A DNA stretch of 64,000 nt from Macrostomum lignano. Lineage: Eukaryota. The DNA is taken from positions 1 through 64,000 of the forward strand of contig NIVC01000892.1 of NCBI GenBank assembly GCA_002269645.1, written 5' to 3'. This document shows, in pieces, positions 43,730 to 56,964 of this stretch. A program made the position numbers and the translations under genes. Position 1 is the stretch's first letter; each line of letters starts with the position of its first letter. Under the pieces are notes generated by a model, which worked only from the letters and a program-made list of their open reading frames with translations, did not search any database and was not told the DNA's origin.

Positions 43730-46700
43730 TCAAGCGTCGGATAACTTGCCGCCAACCGCTTGGGTGGATCGCTTCTGCCGGTACTCGTTAATAATGGCGG
43801 CAGCCAGTGCTGGCGTGTTGAAAGCATTCTGGCGCTCCCAGACAATTTCTTCTGGCTGCTGTTGCTGCTTTTGATGCTGATGCTGCCGCCTGCCACAAGC
43901 GGCTGCTGCAGAGCCGTAAACTCCAGGTACAGCGCAGGACATTGGCGTTGAAGCGCCTGACGATGTCGTTGTACCGTCGCTCGCCGTCACCAAGTCGCTA
44001 AAGACAACTTTGTGGCTTGGCGACCGTTCGGCTAGCGACGCTGCCGACACTGCAACGTCTGTCGCTGTTCCAGAAGACGTGGCCGAATTGCTGCTTCGAC
44101 GACGACTAGCGACGCAGACGCCGCCGCTTCTGCTCGCTACCGACGTCTTGACAGGTGACGCTGGCTTGACTGGCACCTGCGCCTGGGTTTAAGGAGCAAA
44201 CAGATGCGCCGTGATGAACATGAGTGGCTTTCTGGGAAGGCATTTCCTGAAGATTTTGAAGGCGACACCTTAAGAAGCGTCACTTTTGAAAAAGCACCCT
44301 TTGACACACTTTTATGAGACAGCTCTGAGAGAGACACCTCTCAGCAAACCAACATTGAGAGAGAGACACCTCTCAAAAAGATACTTTTGAGAGAGACACC
44401 TCTCTGAAAGACTCCCCTGAGAGAGACACCCCTGACAGAGACACCCCTCAGAGAGACTCTCTGAGAGAGATACCCCTCAGAGAGACAGAGAGACCCCTGA
44501 GAGACACCGCTGAGAGAGACACCTCTGAGTCGAGAGACACCTCTGAGAGAGACACCTCTAAAAGAGACACCTCTAAAGAGACACATCTCAGAGAGACACC
44601 TTTGAGAGAGACACCTCTGAGAGAGACACCTCTAAAAGAGACAACTCTAAAGAGACACATCTCAGCGAGACACCTCTGAGAGAGACACCCCTAAAAGAGA
44701 CACATCTGAGAGAGACACCTTTGAGAGAGACACCTCAGAGAGAGAGACACCTCAGAGAGAGAGACGCCTCTGAGAGAGAGACCTCTGAGAGAGACACCTC
44801 TGAGAGAGACACATCTGAGAGAGATACATCTGAGAGAGACACCTCTGAGAGAGACACCTCTGAGAGTGTCACCTTATATAGCGAAACCTTTGCCTCACCG
44901 AAATTGGTCCAGCTTTTTTCTCTTGTATTCCAACCAAAGTCCGCCTCGCTGCATTGCTCTCCTGCAAGTCGTTCTCTTTGAGCTCCGGTGCTTTAGATGA
45001 TTCTTCTTGAGGTTGCTTACGAGGCGAAACAATTTTAGCTGCTCCACCACTGTCACCACTGTGAAATACTTGGTCAGATTCATCAGGCGATTGTTGCTTT
45101 TCTTCTTGTAAATTTTTGCTTCTGAAATGATATTGTAGCTTTCTAATATTTTGAACTGCAGTTATTTCGCATTCAATGGTGCCACTTACTCGACAAGCTG
45201 TCGCACTGTTCGTGCCAAACCGTCGCATCGACGCTTTGACTCCGACAAAGACTGACGAACTGAAGACACGAGTCTGTAAGGCATATTTGTAGAAAATCTC
45301 AGTCAGAGAAATTAAAATTTCAATTCTATATCCCTCGGAGGGCTGCCACATCTTAAGACCATTCCATGTTAGAACAACAAAAGACTACCAGCAGGCCAGC
45401 AAACCTGTTGCACTCTTCAATATGCTTTCGTCGCTTAGCAACAGACTCGGCCACCGGTCGGTCGATTCGTTGCACCGCCTGAGCCTCCTGATCCGCCAGC
45501 AGCGCCAGCAGGATGCTCAATCTGTGCTCAGCGCTGCTCACAAATTCCGTAGTATTTTCGTCAGTTCCACCTCCACCTGGCTGCGATGCTACAGCCGCTT
45601 CCAGACTGGCAATTAGGGCGGCAATTTCTGTCTGGCGATTGCAGAACTCGCGATAGGCCTCATCCATGGCTAACATCTCCCGGTTTATGTCGCCTTCAGA
45701 TTCTTCTGCCGAGGCGACCGAGGACTTAGCGACTGCCATCTGTTGGCAGAATCCACGTTGAGGAATCTTATTGACTGACTAAACACCCTGCTTTGAACTG
45801 TTTGCTTGTAGCTTATCGTAGCAGGCATGGGAGTGGGGTGGGCATCTAACTGGGGTAGGGAGAGATCTGTGCCGCAAGGTTTAATCAGGCCGCGGAGCGC
45901 GGTAGGCGTCCAACTAGGGGTAGAGGGAGATGCATACTGCGAGGTTTAAGGCAGACAGGCGGTGGAGTGAGGTGGGTGTCCAACTGGGGGTGGGGGAGAA
46001 GATCTGTGCCGTGAGGTTTAATCAGGCGGCGGAGTGAGGTAGGCGTCCAAGTGGGGGTAGGGGGAGAAGATCTGTGCCGCGAGGTTTAATCAGGCGGCGG
46101 AGTGAGGTAGGCGTCCAAGTGGGGGTAGGGGGAGAAGATCTGTGCCGCGAGGTTTAATCAGGCGGCGGAGTAAGGTAGGCGTCCAAGTGGGGGTAGGGGG
46201 AGAAGATCTGTGCCGTGAGGTTTAATCAGGCGGCGGAGTGAGGTAGGCGTCCAACTAAGGGTTAGGCATAGACGTTTCATTTAAGTACATTTCTTTTTAC
46301 TTACAATAGGCTTCATAGTATCGGCATTTTCAATTGCTTCCTGTGCCTGTGGCTCCGGCTGCGACAGCGGCGGCTTCACCACTTGAGTAGCCGGGGATGA
46401 GGCTGCTAAAACGGGAATTATTTGCGATTGAATGATTGAATGAACTTGGGAGAGCAGCTGGAAGATTGACCGTCCTTCAGATTTCAGTTGGACAAATAAA
46501 CGACCTTGAGAGATCAGTTGGACAATTTAATGACCTTGAGATATCAGTTGGACAATCAAACGACCTTGAGAGAGCAGGTGAATAATTTTTCTTTAAAGCT
46601 AGTCACTAATCCAGACTAAAAAGATTTTGCTCACCGCTTTTATTAGAGAATGCGCTATCCTGGCTGGTCTCGCTAGGCGGCGCGCTGCTTATTTGCTTAG

Positions 46701-49670
46701 CCGTCTGTTGTTGATGCTTCTTCTCAAAAGCAGAATCGTTCTGCTGCTGCTGCGTCGTGGTTGCTACGTCACCCGTCTGACAGCAGGTGATTGGTTTCTG
46801 CTGCTGCTGCTGATGACAGAGGCAGTTGGGCATCGCACACGACTGGGCTGGCTTTGCAGGATACGGACAGGAGTGCTGCTGGCTCCACAGCTGACTCTGA
46901 CCGTGATGGTGCTGATGATATGGACAACATTGCTGCTGCCTTGGGCTTCTAAGCTGCTTGTCACCTGGTAGGTAGGAAAAGCATTGCGTCCCGATAGAAA
47001 GCATGTCGCTAGAATTTTATATTAAAGCTGTATAAAAAAGTTTCTTTTTACAAAATTCAGCTGGGGAGGAGCAATGCGCCGTGGTCAGCTGGCAGGTGCA
47101 AGACTGCCTCAGGTGGTGCTGTCGGTGCTGTAATAGTCTAGTCTGCTGCTCCAGCTGTTGCTGCTGTTGCTGCAAAAGCAGCTGCTTCTGGTGCAAACTG
47201 TGCAACATGGCCGGCGTTTGGTTGCCATGCGTGTTGTTGCCAAGGGGGATTTGCCTGCTGCCGATGCAGTACTTGCTAGGGGCTGCTGCTGTACTTCTTG
47301 TCTGCTGCTGGGGCTCCTGGATTTTTAGTAAGCAGTTGGGCCTCACGTCTCTGTGGGAGCACAGAGTTAGTTAATTAGTTCGTTAGTTATCTATTTAGTT
47401 AGTTAATTATTTCTTTAGTTAGTAAGTAAGTAGTAAGTTAGTCAGTCAGTCAGTCAGTCAGTCAGTCAGTCAGTCAGTCAGTCAGGCAGTCAGTCAGTCA
47501 GTCAGTCAGTCAGTCAGTCAGTCAGTCAGTCAGTCAGTCAGTCAGTCAGTCAGTCAGTCAGTCAGTCAGTCAGTCAGTCAGGCAGTCAGTCAGTCAGTCA
47601 GTCAGTCAGTCAGTCAGTCAGTCAGTCAGTCAGTCAGTCAGTCAGTCAGTCAGTCAGGCAGTCAGTCAGTCAGGCAGTCAGTCAGTCAGTCAGGCAGTCA
47701 GTCAGTCAGTCAGTCAGTCAGGCAGTCAGTCAGTCAGGCAGGCAGGCAGTCAGTCAGTCAGTCAGTCAGTCAGTCAGTCAGTCAGTCAGGCAGTCAGTCA
47801 GTCAGTCAATCAGTCAGTCAGTCAGTCAGTCAGTCAGTCAGTCAGTCAGTCAGTCAGTCAGTCAGTCAGTCAGTCAGTCAGTCAGTCAATCAGTCAGTCA
47901 GTCAGGCAGGCAGTCAGTCAGTCAGTCAGTCAGTCAGTCAGGCAGTCAGTCAGTCAGTCAGTCAGGCAGTCAGTCAGTCAGTCAGGCAGGCAGTCAGTCA
48001 GTCAGTCAGTCAGTCAGTCAGTCAGTCAGTCAGTCAGTCAGTCAGTCAATCAGTCAGTCAGTCAGGCAGACAGTCAGTCAGTCAGTCAGTCAGTCAGTCA
48101 GTCAGTCAGTCAGTCAGGCAGTCAGTCAGTCAGTCAGTCAGTCAGTCAGTCAGTCAGTCATGCAGTCAGTCAGGCAGGCAGGCAGTCAGTCAGTCAGTCA
48201 GTCAGTCAGTCATGCAGTCAGTCAGTCAGTCATGCAGTCAGTCAGGCAGGCAGGCAGTCAGTCAGTCAGGCAGGCAGGCAGTCAGGCAGTCATGCAGTCA
48301 GTCAGGCAGGCAGGCAGTCAGGCAGTCATGCAGTACCTCACATCCTCCAGCTCGTAGAACAGCTGCCTGCAAGTTTTATCCTGCACGTAGATCCTTCTCT
48401 GCGGATTATCGGCGAACCACTCAGCCGAAATCCACTGGGAGAATGCCTGCACAAACATCTCCTTGACCGTGTCGAGCGAGTTGATCTTGGCTGGTAGTTG
48501 CACCCGACGAACTTGGTCGCGAAAAATTAAAAATGCCGGTCCTGCTGCGGGGATTGTTTAAGAGAGACTCTGCAGACGGAAGGAAATGCCTGATGGGGCA
48601 GCTGTCAGTTAGTTAGTAAGTCCGTTGCCAGGGTGTACAGCTGGTACAGGGTAAACCTGACGTTTTCATCGCCTCAGGCGTGGTGTACACTGCACTCTCT
48701 GTGCCTTGGGGTTGGCCCTGATAAAGACAGCCCTAATTGGCAGATGTGTAACAGCTATTGCGCGGCGCATCTGAAGGCTGCTTACGGATGTTCAGTCCAA
48801 GGACTGGGGGGTCGCCACACACCTTCAATTACCCCAGCTAATGCTGGCACCCATTTTACAGCTGGGTGAACTGAAGGGCACAAGAGTGTGTTGTTTCGAG
48901 TGTGTCGAGAATCCAATCCCCGACCTTCTAGTGGTGAGTTCGACGCTCTAATCACTAGGCTACAACTGGTCGACGCTGAGATGAGTTGCAACTGCTGATG
49001 AAGAGACAAATTATCACCAAGTTCACCTGTCGAGACCGACTTGGAGCTGCGAATCCGACGCAGAGTGAACAGTCCCTGCAAGCCTGAGGCCCGCTTGCCG
49101 CCGGACTCCGAGTTCTTCGATGAGGACGTAGACGCTCTCGACGCGGCTTCCTGGGCGCCAAGGTTGGCCACGTTGCCCAGACTGCCGAACTGCGGTCGGG
49201 TGGCGCCGCTCAGGGAGCTCTGGTGCTGCTGGAAGCTGGAGGCTGAGTCCAGCTGACTGCCAGACTGCTGCTGCAGTATCAGGGGGATGTTGTCTAGATT
49301 AGCAATCCATTCTATTCCTTCATCTCCGTGGTGTTGGCTAGATTAGCAATCCATTCTACTCCTTCATCTCCGTGGTGTTGGCTAGATTAGCAATCCATTC
49401 TACTCCTTCATCTCCGTGGTGTTGGCTAGATTAGCAATCCATTCTACTCCTTCATCTCCGTGGTGTTGGCTAGATTAGCAATCCATCTAAACTCACTCTT
49501 CTTCTTCGACCGTCGCCAACTCCAAGCAGCGGACTGGAGGGCAGACTGTACGGCTGCTGCTGCTGCCAGTGTGACAGCATCCTCTGCTGCTGCTGCTGCC
49601 GACTGCTGGGCTGATGAAGCGCCTGATGTTGCTGCTGCAGCTGCAGTTGAAACCCAACATTATCCGCCAT
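43730..49670 (-). CDS. SRCIN1/KIAA1217 (sickle-tail, AIP3-domain) homologue; coding exons include 49670-49497, 49270-49027, 48541-48337, 47350-47052, 46964-46635, ~46410-46307, ~45766-45402, ~45275-45193, ~45060-44899 and ~44185-43730; further 5' exons possible
   Basis: GPAFLIFRDQVRRVQLPAKINSLDTVKEMFVQAF...RRIYVQD...FYELEDVRDVRPNCLLKI matches the SKT/SRCIN1 N-terminal domain; exon phases join consistently. Confidence 0.75.
44320..44870. repeat. 13-15-bp minisatellite (GAGAGACACCTCT), intronic
   Basis: Direct reading. Confidence 0.9.
45840..46260. repeat. 68-bp G-rich minisatellite, intronic
   Basis: ATCAGG recurs at 46021, 46089 and 46157. Confidence 0.9.
47440..48330. repeat. (CAGT)n/(CAGG)n microsatellite filling a whole intron
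   Basis: Direct reading. Confidence 0.95.
48739..48964 (-). mobile_element. tRNA-derived SINE, family 1, third copy
   Basis: Reverse complement of the 10228 and 20740 copies (CACCCATTTTACAGCTGGGTGAACTGAAG etc.). Confidence 0.8.
49295..49486. repeat. 44-bp minisatellite filling an intron
   Basis: Unit TAGATTAGCAATCCATTCTACTCCTTCATCTCCGTGGTGTTGGC. Confidence 0.9.
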
Positions 49671-49899
49671 TGCACCAAGGGCGAAGGCTGCGCTAGCTCT
49701 GCGATAGCTGGCCTCCTGTGCGACAGGGGATTGTGAGTGAACTGGTTAGTGAAGGTCAGAGTTGCTCAGTCCAGATGGCCCTAAGTTCGATTCCGCAAGA
49801 AAAATTTGCTTCTAAAAGATTGACAAACTACTTAAATGCAGGGAGTGTAAACTACCTAAGACGGATATTAAGAAAACAGCTGGCCGCTGTACATACTGT

Positions 49900-50420
49900 A
49901 TGTGCGTGTACACCCTTTATGTGCGTGTACACCCTGTATGAGCGTCCACACCCTTTATGAGCGTGTTTACACCATGTATGAGTTTGTACACCCTGTATGA
50001 GCGTGCACACCCTGTATGAGCGTGTACACCCTGTTTGAGCGTGTACACCCTGTATGAGCGTGCACACCCTGTTTGAGCGTGTACACCCTGTATGAGCGTG
50101 CACACCCTGTATCAGCGTGTTTACACAATGTATGAGCGTGTACACCCTGTATGAGCGTGTTTACACAATGTATGAGCGTGTACACCCTGTAGGAGCGTGT
50201 AAACCCTGTATGAGCGTGCACACCCTGTATGAGCGTGTACACTCTGTATCAGCGTGTACACCCTGTATGAGCGTGTACACCCTGTATGAGCGTGTACACT
50301 CTGTGTGAGCGTGTACACCCTGTATGAGCGTGTACACCCTGTATGAGCGTGTACACTCTGTGTGAGCGTGTACACCCTGTATGAGCGTGTACACCCTGTA
50401 TGAGCGTGTACACCCTGGAG
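49900..50420. repeat. 19-20-bp minisatellite (GTACACCCTGTATGAGCGT)
   Basis: Direct reading. Confidence 0.9.
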
Positions 50421-51200
50421 AAAAGCTTTCGGTGACACTGTTCCACAACCAAGCGCTGAAGCAAATTCTGTCTGCCCATTCCGCAATACTGTACGCAGGC
50501 ACGAACTCACACCGGGTGTACAACGACCCTGACTTTCTAATCGTCAGGCATGCACACACTCGGTGCCTTATTGAGTTTGGACCCTCATGACAGCCCCCCG
50601 TGGGCTCGTAAATCCAGACGAGTTCTGAAAAATAGGTTCGCACTTTCTAAATTGTCTTCTTCACGGCTGGCTGGCTGTGGCTGAATGGTGACGAGTGGCA
50701 TTAGAGGGAGAGCAGAGCAGAGAGAAGAAGCAAATTCTCAGAGTGGCTCTTCTCGCCTCTCTGAACCGGAAGCCCGGCTGGGCGGAGAAGGGATCTGGGG
50801 TGGAGGGTGGGGGGTTGAGACTTTTTGCGGCTGGATTGGAAACGTGTGTGTGGGAGGCTTGTCAAGCTGGCTTGGCAAGGGGTTGAGGAGGGAAAAAGCA
50901 AAGCGTGAGGTTTCAGCTTCGTGGGGGGGGGGGGATTTCAATGCGAGGCATTGAGCCCGAGGGGTCTCGCAGGCGCTAGTGGATTAAGTAGCTAGAAAGG
51001 TGTTCACTTTCACCTGAACTGCTGCTGATGCTGCCCTGCCACTAAGCAGCCCTCCTGCCTACTCAGGCACTCAGAGCCGTCACTTTTGTCGTTCGATTTT
51101 ATTCTCTTTTAAAATGAATTAAACTCAAGCCGCTCAGGATGCTGCGAGTGACAAATGCTTTGGCGATGATTGGTGAGGGAGACAGAGGACCATAATGCTG

Positions 51201-51428
51201 ATGGATTGCTAATCTAGCCAACATCACCAATGAAGGAATATAATGGATTGCTAATCTAGCCAACATCACCAATGAAGGAATAGAATGGATTGCTAATCTA
51301 GCCAACATCACCAATGAAGGAATAGAATGGATTGCTAATCTAGCCAACATCACCAATGAAGGAATAGAATGGATTGCTAATCTAGCCAACATATCACCAA
51401 TGAAGGAATAGAATGGATTGCTAATCTA
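51201..51428. repeat. 42-bp minisatellite, inverted homologue of the 49295-49486 array
   Basis: Unit ATGGATTGCTAATCTAGCCAACATCACCAATGAAGGAATAGA. Confidence 0.9.
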
Positions 51429-54400
51429 CGCAATTAAATCTACAAAGAAACTGAATTAACTAATTGTTCACATTAAGGTGATGATCATCAAGTTTTCATC
51501 TAACTTGAGCGGACAATTTCGTTAAATTGGAACTGGAATTCTTGGAAACTCGTGCACTAATCATCGGCGCTATTCCAGAGGCCGCGAGGATTCTCCTGTC
51601 CAAATCCGACTGCTAATCAGCTCGGTGTTATTTGTCTCTAATCAGGTACCTGTGGCTAGTCTTGCATTTCTCACCTCGCCACCTACCTTTAGATCAGGAT
51701 TAGAGAAGGGCGCTAAGCCAATGTAATTATCGAACATCTAACAGGCAGGTGACGTTGCTTTGCGAATTATCTTGTCCTAATAAATTTCCCACACGCTGGA
51801 TGGCTGCTTAGCTAAGAATGAATATCGCTTCATTCGGGTGAGAGAATTCTCCGTCATCTCAGCTACACAGACATCTTTTTTGTTTTTTCGCTTCGCAGAA
51901 ATTGATTACTAAACCTATATTCGGAAATTCGGATGTAGCTAGCGGAAAAATTAATGAATATTATAACAAAAAACAGCATCATAATTTTGCTCCAATGAAT
52001 TAATAACTAAATATCACGGTTGATTTCGATTTGGCAAACGAATTAATTTAAATGAATTTCTTTTCTGTCGTAATTAATCGGTTATTTGTAAATAGAATTC
52101 TGGAATTTTTTCGATATGCTTATTGTTCTGCGCAGTAATTGTAAGAAAATTGGAAAAATTTAACTTTTAAAACTTTTAAAATATATGAAGAACTTATTGT
52201 TGAACAGCCAAAGTTCTGTGTCATATTTTTTTCCAAATAAATAAGCTATTAGGAATAACTCTATGATCACCAGAATAGAGCTGGGAATTGTAATGATTTA
52301 TTTGTTTAAGTACACTGACTTATTGATTATTCTCTTTAACTAAGTTATCTGCTTTATATAAATATTAACTAACATAATATTTAACTATACTATGTTACTT
52401 ATACTATATGGTTCGATTTCGTTTCTTATTTTCGATTTTTTCTACTTGAAGTTGATTTGTACTTTTATTTTCCACAGTTTAACTACAATGAGTCAATCTA
52501 CCAATGTGCTTTCTATACCATTAGCTCAATTTCTATTATTTTATATACTTTTAACTAAGCATCAATCATTGATTGCGTTTATAGTCAAGTCGGTAATTGC
52601 TACAAGGGTCCGCTGTATACCTTCTAAATGTAAAAGTTACAGTTTTAGTTGTACTAATAAATTGTCTGTTAATCAGTAATTGAAGGCGAAACAGTGGAGG
52701 AACTGGCCATGGGAATTGCAGGTCTATCGGTTAACGGTTGAATAAAATAATGACCTCGGGACAAAGGAAAACTGCTCGCTTAATTAATCCCCTCTGATTG
52801 ACGACCTTTTTTCTAACTAACATTGTGTGGTAGCAAGTTTTCCTTTGTTACACAGACCAGGCGACTGCCTGTCCGCTTCATCAATGACTTGCTGCTAAAA
52901 GGAAACCCCCGATCCACACGCACACACGCAAAAACGTCTGCTTCAAGATTCCTTTGTGCTCGACAAAGATTGGGGAGGGGCAAAGGCGACGGTCAAATAA
53001 ATAAATATATGCCGTGCAATGCATACTGCGGAGTGTATACTAAGGACGAGCCAAAGGCTACATTACACATACCTGGGCCTGCTAGTCTGTGCCTTCTCCT
53101 ATCTCTAGCTTCGAACTTCAGACTATGCCTCTCTCTTCTCGTCTCAATCTGCAGTATATGATTCGCGCGAATTTGCTAAAGCACTTCATCTTGCCCTAAT
53201 ACCCTACCACCCCTCCTTAGTCGCCTAGCTATAGTTGAGGATGGATGAGGGGAGAGAGGGGGTGGTTAAAGGAGGTGGCGCACAGGCACGCAACGGCATG
53301 CGCGCGCACCCTGCCCGCCCGCCTGCCTGCGAATGATGAAGATGATGATGATTCTGCTGCACAGTTTTTTTACCGCGTGGCTGAGCAAAAGAGATGAGCG
53401 AGAGCAGGGCCCCACACACACACAACAGGGAAGGGGCGGGACGCTTTTGAGGAGAAATTGCCTTGGAAAGGGCGGAGAGAACAAGAGAGAGAGAGAGAGA
53501 GAGCGACAGTGATGAAGAGAGAAGCTGAGCCAGACTGTTTAGTGGAGCACTAAGAGCTCGCGGATCTGGATAGAAGCTGACGGAACTTTTCAGAAGCAAT
53601 TTTAATTGGCTAAAGAGGTTATGAACTCGATATAGTTTAGTCGACTACAGTGGAAGTCTTGCAAAATTTTACAAGCTCGAAACTTCATAAATTCGAAACT
53701 TCACAAGTTTGAAGCTTCATGATTTCAAGACTTCACATGCTCGAAACTTCATAAATTCGAATTTTCATAAACACGAAAATTCACAAGTTCGAAAATTCAT
53801 AAATTCGAAACTTCTGTCTGTCTGTCTCACAAGTTGGAAGCTTCATGATTTCAAGACTTCACATGCTCGAAACTTCATAAATTCGAAGCTTGATAAACAC
53901 GAAACTTTATAATTTCAAAACACCATATTAGCTAATTTTAACTAGCCAGTTTTAATGCTTCAAACCTACACTTGAACTACTTCTAATTCAGTCATCCATG
54001 GTTTCTTTCACGTCTTTCACGTCCATGAAGTTTGTAATGGCGACAGTTTCCAATCCAAGTGTTAGGTAGGGTCTACAATTCACTTTTATATTTATTGCTC
54101 TGAGCTGATATACCAAGGACTTCTAGATTTTTTATCTGGACTGGCAGCGGACGTTGCGCCGGTCATTTCTATGGTTTCGAAGGAGTCTAAAATTGAAATC
54201 CTAGAAATTTCCTAACCCTACTCAGATTCTTGACTTGGAAAATTCGTTGGGTGGGAAATTGAGTTAAGGATAAATTAAGAACACTTATTGGATGGATGAA
54301 AGTCGTCCGAAACGAACTCCACGATTCTTCATATTATATAAAACACTGCGCATAGTTTCCATTCCAGTATTCTAGGGCTTGGATCGCCATGAACTGCCTG

Positions 54401-54944
54401 GACAACCCGATGCAAAACAGGTCCGGTCCACTCTCGCCCCATCTCGTCGTTCCTCTAATTTCCTCTCAGACTCCCGAGTCCCAACGAAGCAACTTGGTGC
54501 GGTATTGCATGGACTCGAGAAACGCGTGCTCCCAGCGGAGCGCGAGGCTGCATGGCTAGAGCAGTTCAAATAGCTGCGATCCGCCAGTGTCAACAATGCA
54601 CAGTGCTGGCCTGAAGACTTTTATCTAGCCAAGCGATCTCTTAAGCTCTCCGTGTCTTATATGCGGCCGGGGAAACCTTCCTCATCATTATCTCAGCTGT
54701 GCCGATGGTGCCGCCTTCTCACCCTCTTCTCACTCTCTAACTTGAGAAGTCATAAAAATTCGTCCATTTTAAGCCGACGCCAATCCCTATAGGCGTCAAA
54801 TCATATATTAATATTCATATACATATACATACATATATAACTATACTTCTCGTTGCTGATTCGTTTCTTTTATATTTTTTCATTACTATTGCCTGGTTAA
54901 ACCCACGCTTAGGAATACAAGATTCCGATTTTTCCTGTAGATTC

Positions 54945-54945
<1 letters not shown>

Positions 54946-54995
<50 letters not shown>

Positions 54996-55014
54996 TAGTG
55001 TCTGTCTGTCTTAG

Positions 55015-55071
<57 letters not shown>

Positions 55072-55090
55072 TAGTGTCTGTCTGTCTTAG

Positions 55091-55141
<51 letters not shown>
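54946..55141. repeat. (TCTG)n microsatellite
   Basis: Direct reading. Confidence 0.95.
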
Positions 55142-55514
55142 ATGCAGTTACCAGTAGCCGCCAGACGCATCGGCAGAAGTAAAAGTTCGGAGCCCAAGAA
55201 GTTGCTTATACGCAGTGACTATTGATAAAACTGCTAGATCAATCAGCAATGTCCCTAGCTAAAGCCCTGCCATGCATAATGACTGTCACAGATACCACCG
55301 GTGCCGTACAGCAATTCAATTTCCAAGCCGTGTCTGCCAAGACTCCCTAACCTCTTGGGAGATTTTCTACCAAAGCGGTGGCAGGGAGTTTCTAATCTGA
55401 GTTGCTGAGTCTCTTAGCTGCTGGGACCAGTTTATGAAATGAATCAGTGTCATGTTTGCTGACCTCGCCGTGATACCTGCACAGATTTTAATGTACATGC
55501 AGATCGTTTCAACC

Positions 55515-56010
55515 GCCTCAATCCCATTGATTTGATACTTGATTGAGGCGACTTAATCCCTTTGAATTGATGCTTGATTGAGGCGACTCAATCCCTTTGA
55601 ATTGATACTTGATTGAGGCGACTTAATCCCTTTGATTTGATACTTGATTGAGGCGACTTAATCATTTTGAATTGATACTTGATTGAGGCGACTTAATCCC
55701 TTTGAATTGATACTTGATTGAGGCGACTTAATCCCTTTGAATTGATACTTGATTGAGGCGACTTAATCATTTTGAATTGATACTTGATTGAGGCGACTTA
55801 ATCCCTTTGAATTGATACTTGATTGAGGCGACTTAATCCCTTTGAATTGATGCTTGATTGAGGCGACTCAATCCCTTTGAATTGATACTTGATTGAGGCG
55901 ACTTAATCGCTTTGAATCATGATTGATGCACTCAACCCCTTTGATTTGATACTTGATTGAGGCGACTCAATCATTTGATTTGATATTTGATTGAGGCGCA
56001 TCAATCCCTC
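55515..56010. repeat. 35-bp minisatellite
   Basis: Unit GATTGAGGCGACTTAATCCCTTTGAATTGATACTT. Confidence 0.92.
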
Positions 56011-56964
56011 CTGTCAGTCTTTGATTGAAGCTTTTCCTAAAACTGAGTTCGCCTTAACAATAAAATTAATGCAGTATTTCTATGCTAACTATAATATTAG
56101 TGCAAAAACTCCTTACAATAATATTTATGGCCAACATGCACTATATAATCCAACCAATCATCTTGATTGGGAATTTTTAATATACAGGATAATTGTAGAA
56201 TTGGGAAGCAGCGAAAGAGTGGGAAGTCTTGCATTTGTTTGGTCGCAATAACTGAAATGAATTCAATTAATTAGCTTTTCTAGGAAGTGGAGCTAACCTA
56301 ACCAATTCTGGGGCAGTTGGGGGGGGGGGCATTCTTCAATTAACCCACCGCAGCCAAGCTAGCGAACGGGAACTTTGGGAGCTTGGGAAAAGATAAGTAA
56401 CTTGGCAAATTTAGGGAACTTGTGGGTAATTGTGGATTTTAGGAAACTTAGGGAACTAGAAAAATTTGGGGAATTCGGGGAATTTGATGGCCAAGACGGT
56501 AGATAAACTTGGGGAATTTAGGAAGCTTGGGGAAGGTGGAGAATTCTGCAAATTTGGAGAATTCGGACAATTTGGGGGAGACTGTATGGAATTTTTGGGT
56601 ATTTGTAGAATTTGGGGAGATTGGGAAATTTTGTGAATTTGGAGAATTTGGGAAATTGCAGGAATTTAGTTTTTTATAGTTCGTTTGCCATTTTTTGCGC
56701 AAATATCGTCATACATTGCAGCTGCGAGTTCTCATTTTTCGTGTGATAGAATATTTATGATGAAAAAATAACCATCGATATGAACTAGCTAATCCGGTGT
56801 GATTTATGATATTATAGCTATGTACAAGCCATTGCAGCACAAGGGAAGACACTCCATTATTTATTTGGCCTGAGAAGCTTGAAACATCTGCTCTGTTTCT
56901 GCTCTAAAATTAATTTTAGTGGAGCTGTTTTTCTACCACCAATTAGTAGAAAAGTCGGCTCAAT

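Noticed and set aside
45353-45739. Stand-alone BAG-domain gene
   Set aside because: The exon splices in phase into the SRCIN1-like gene; only generic helical similarity.
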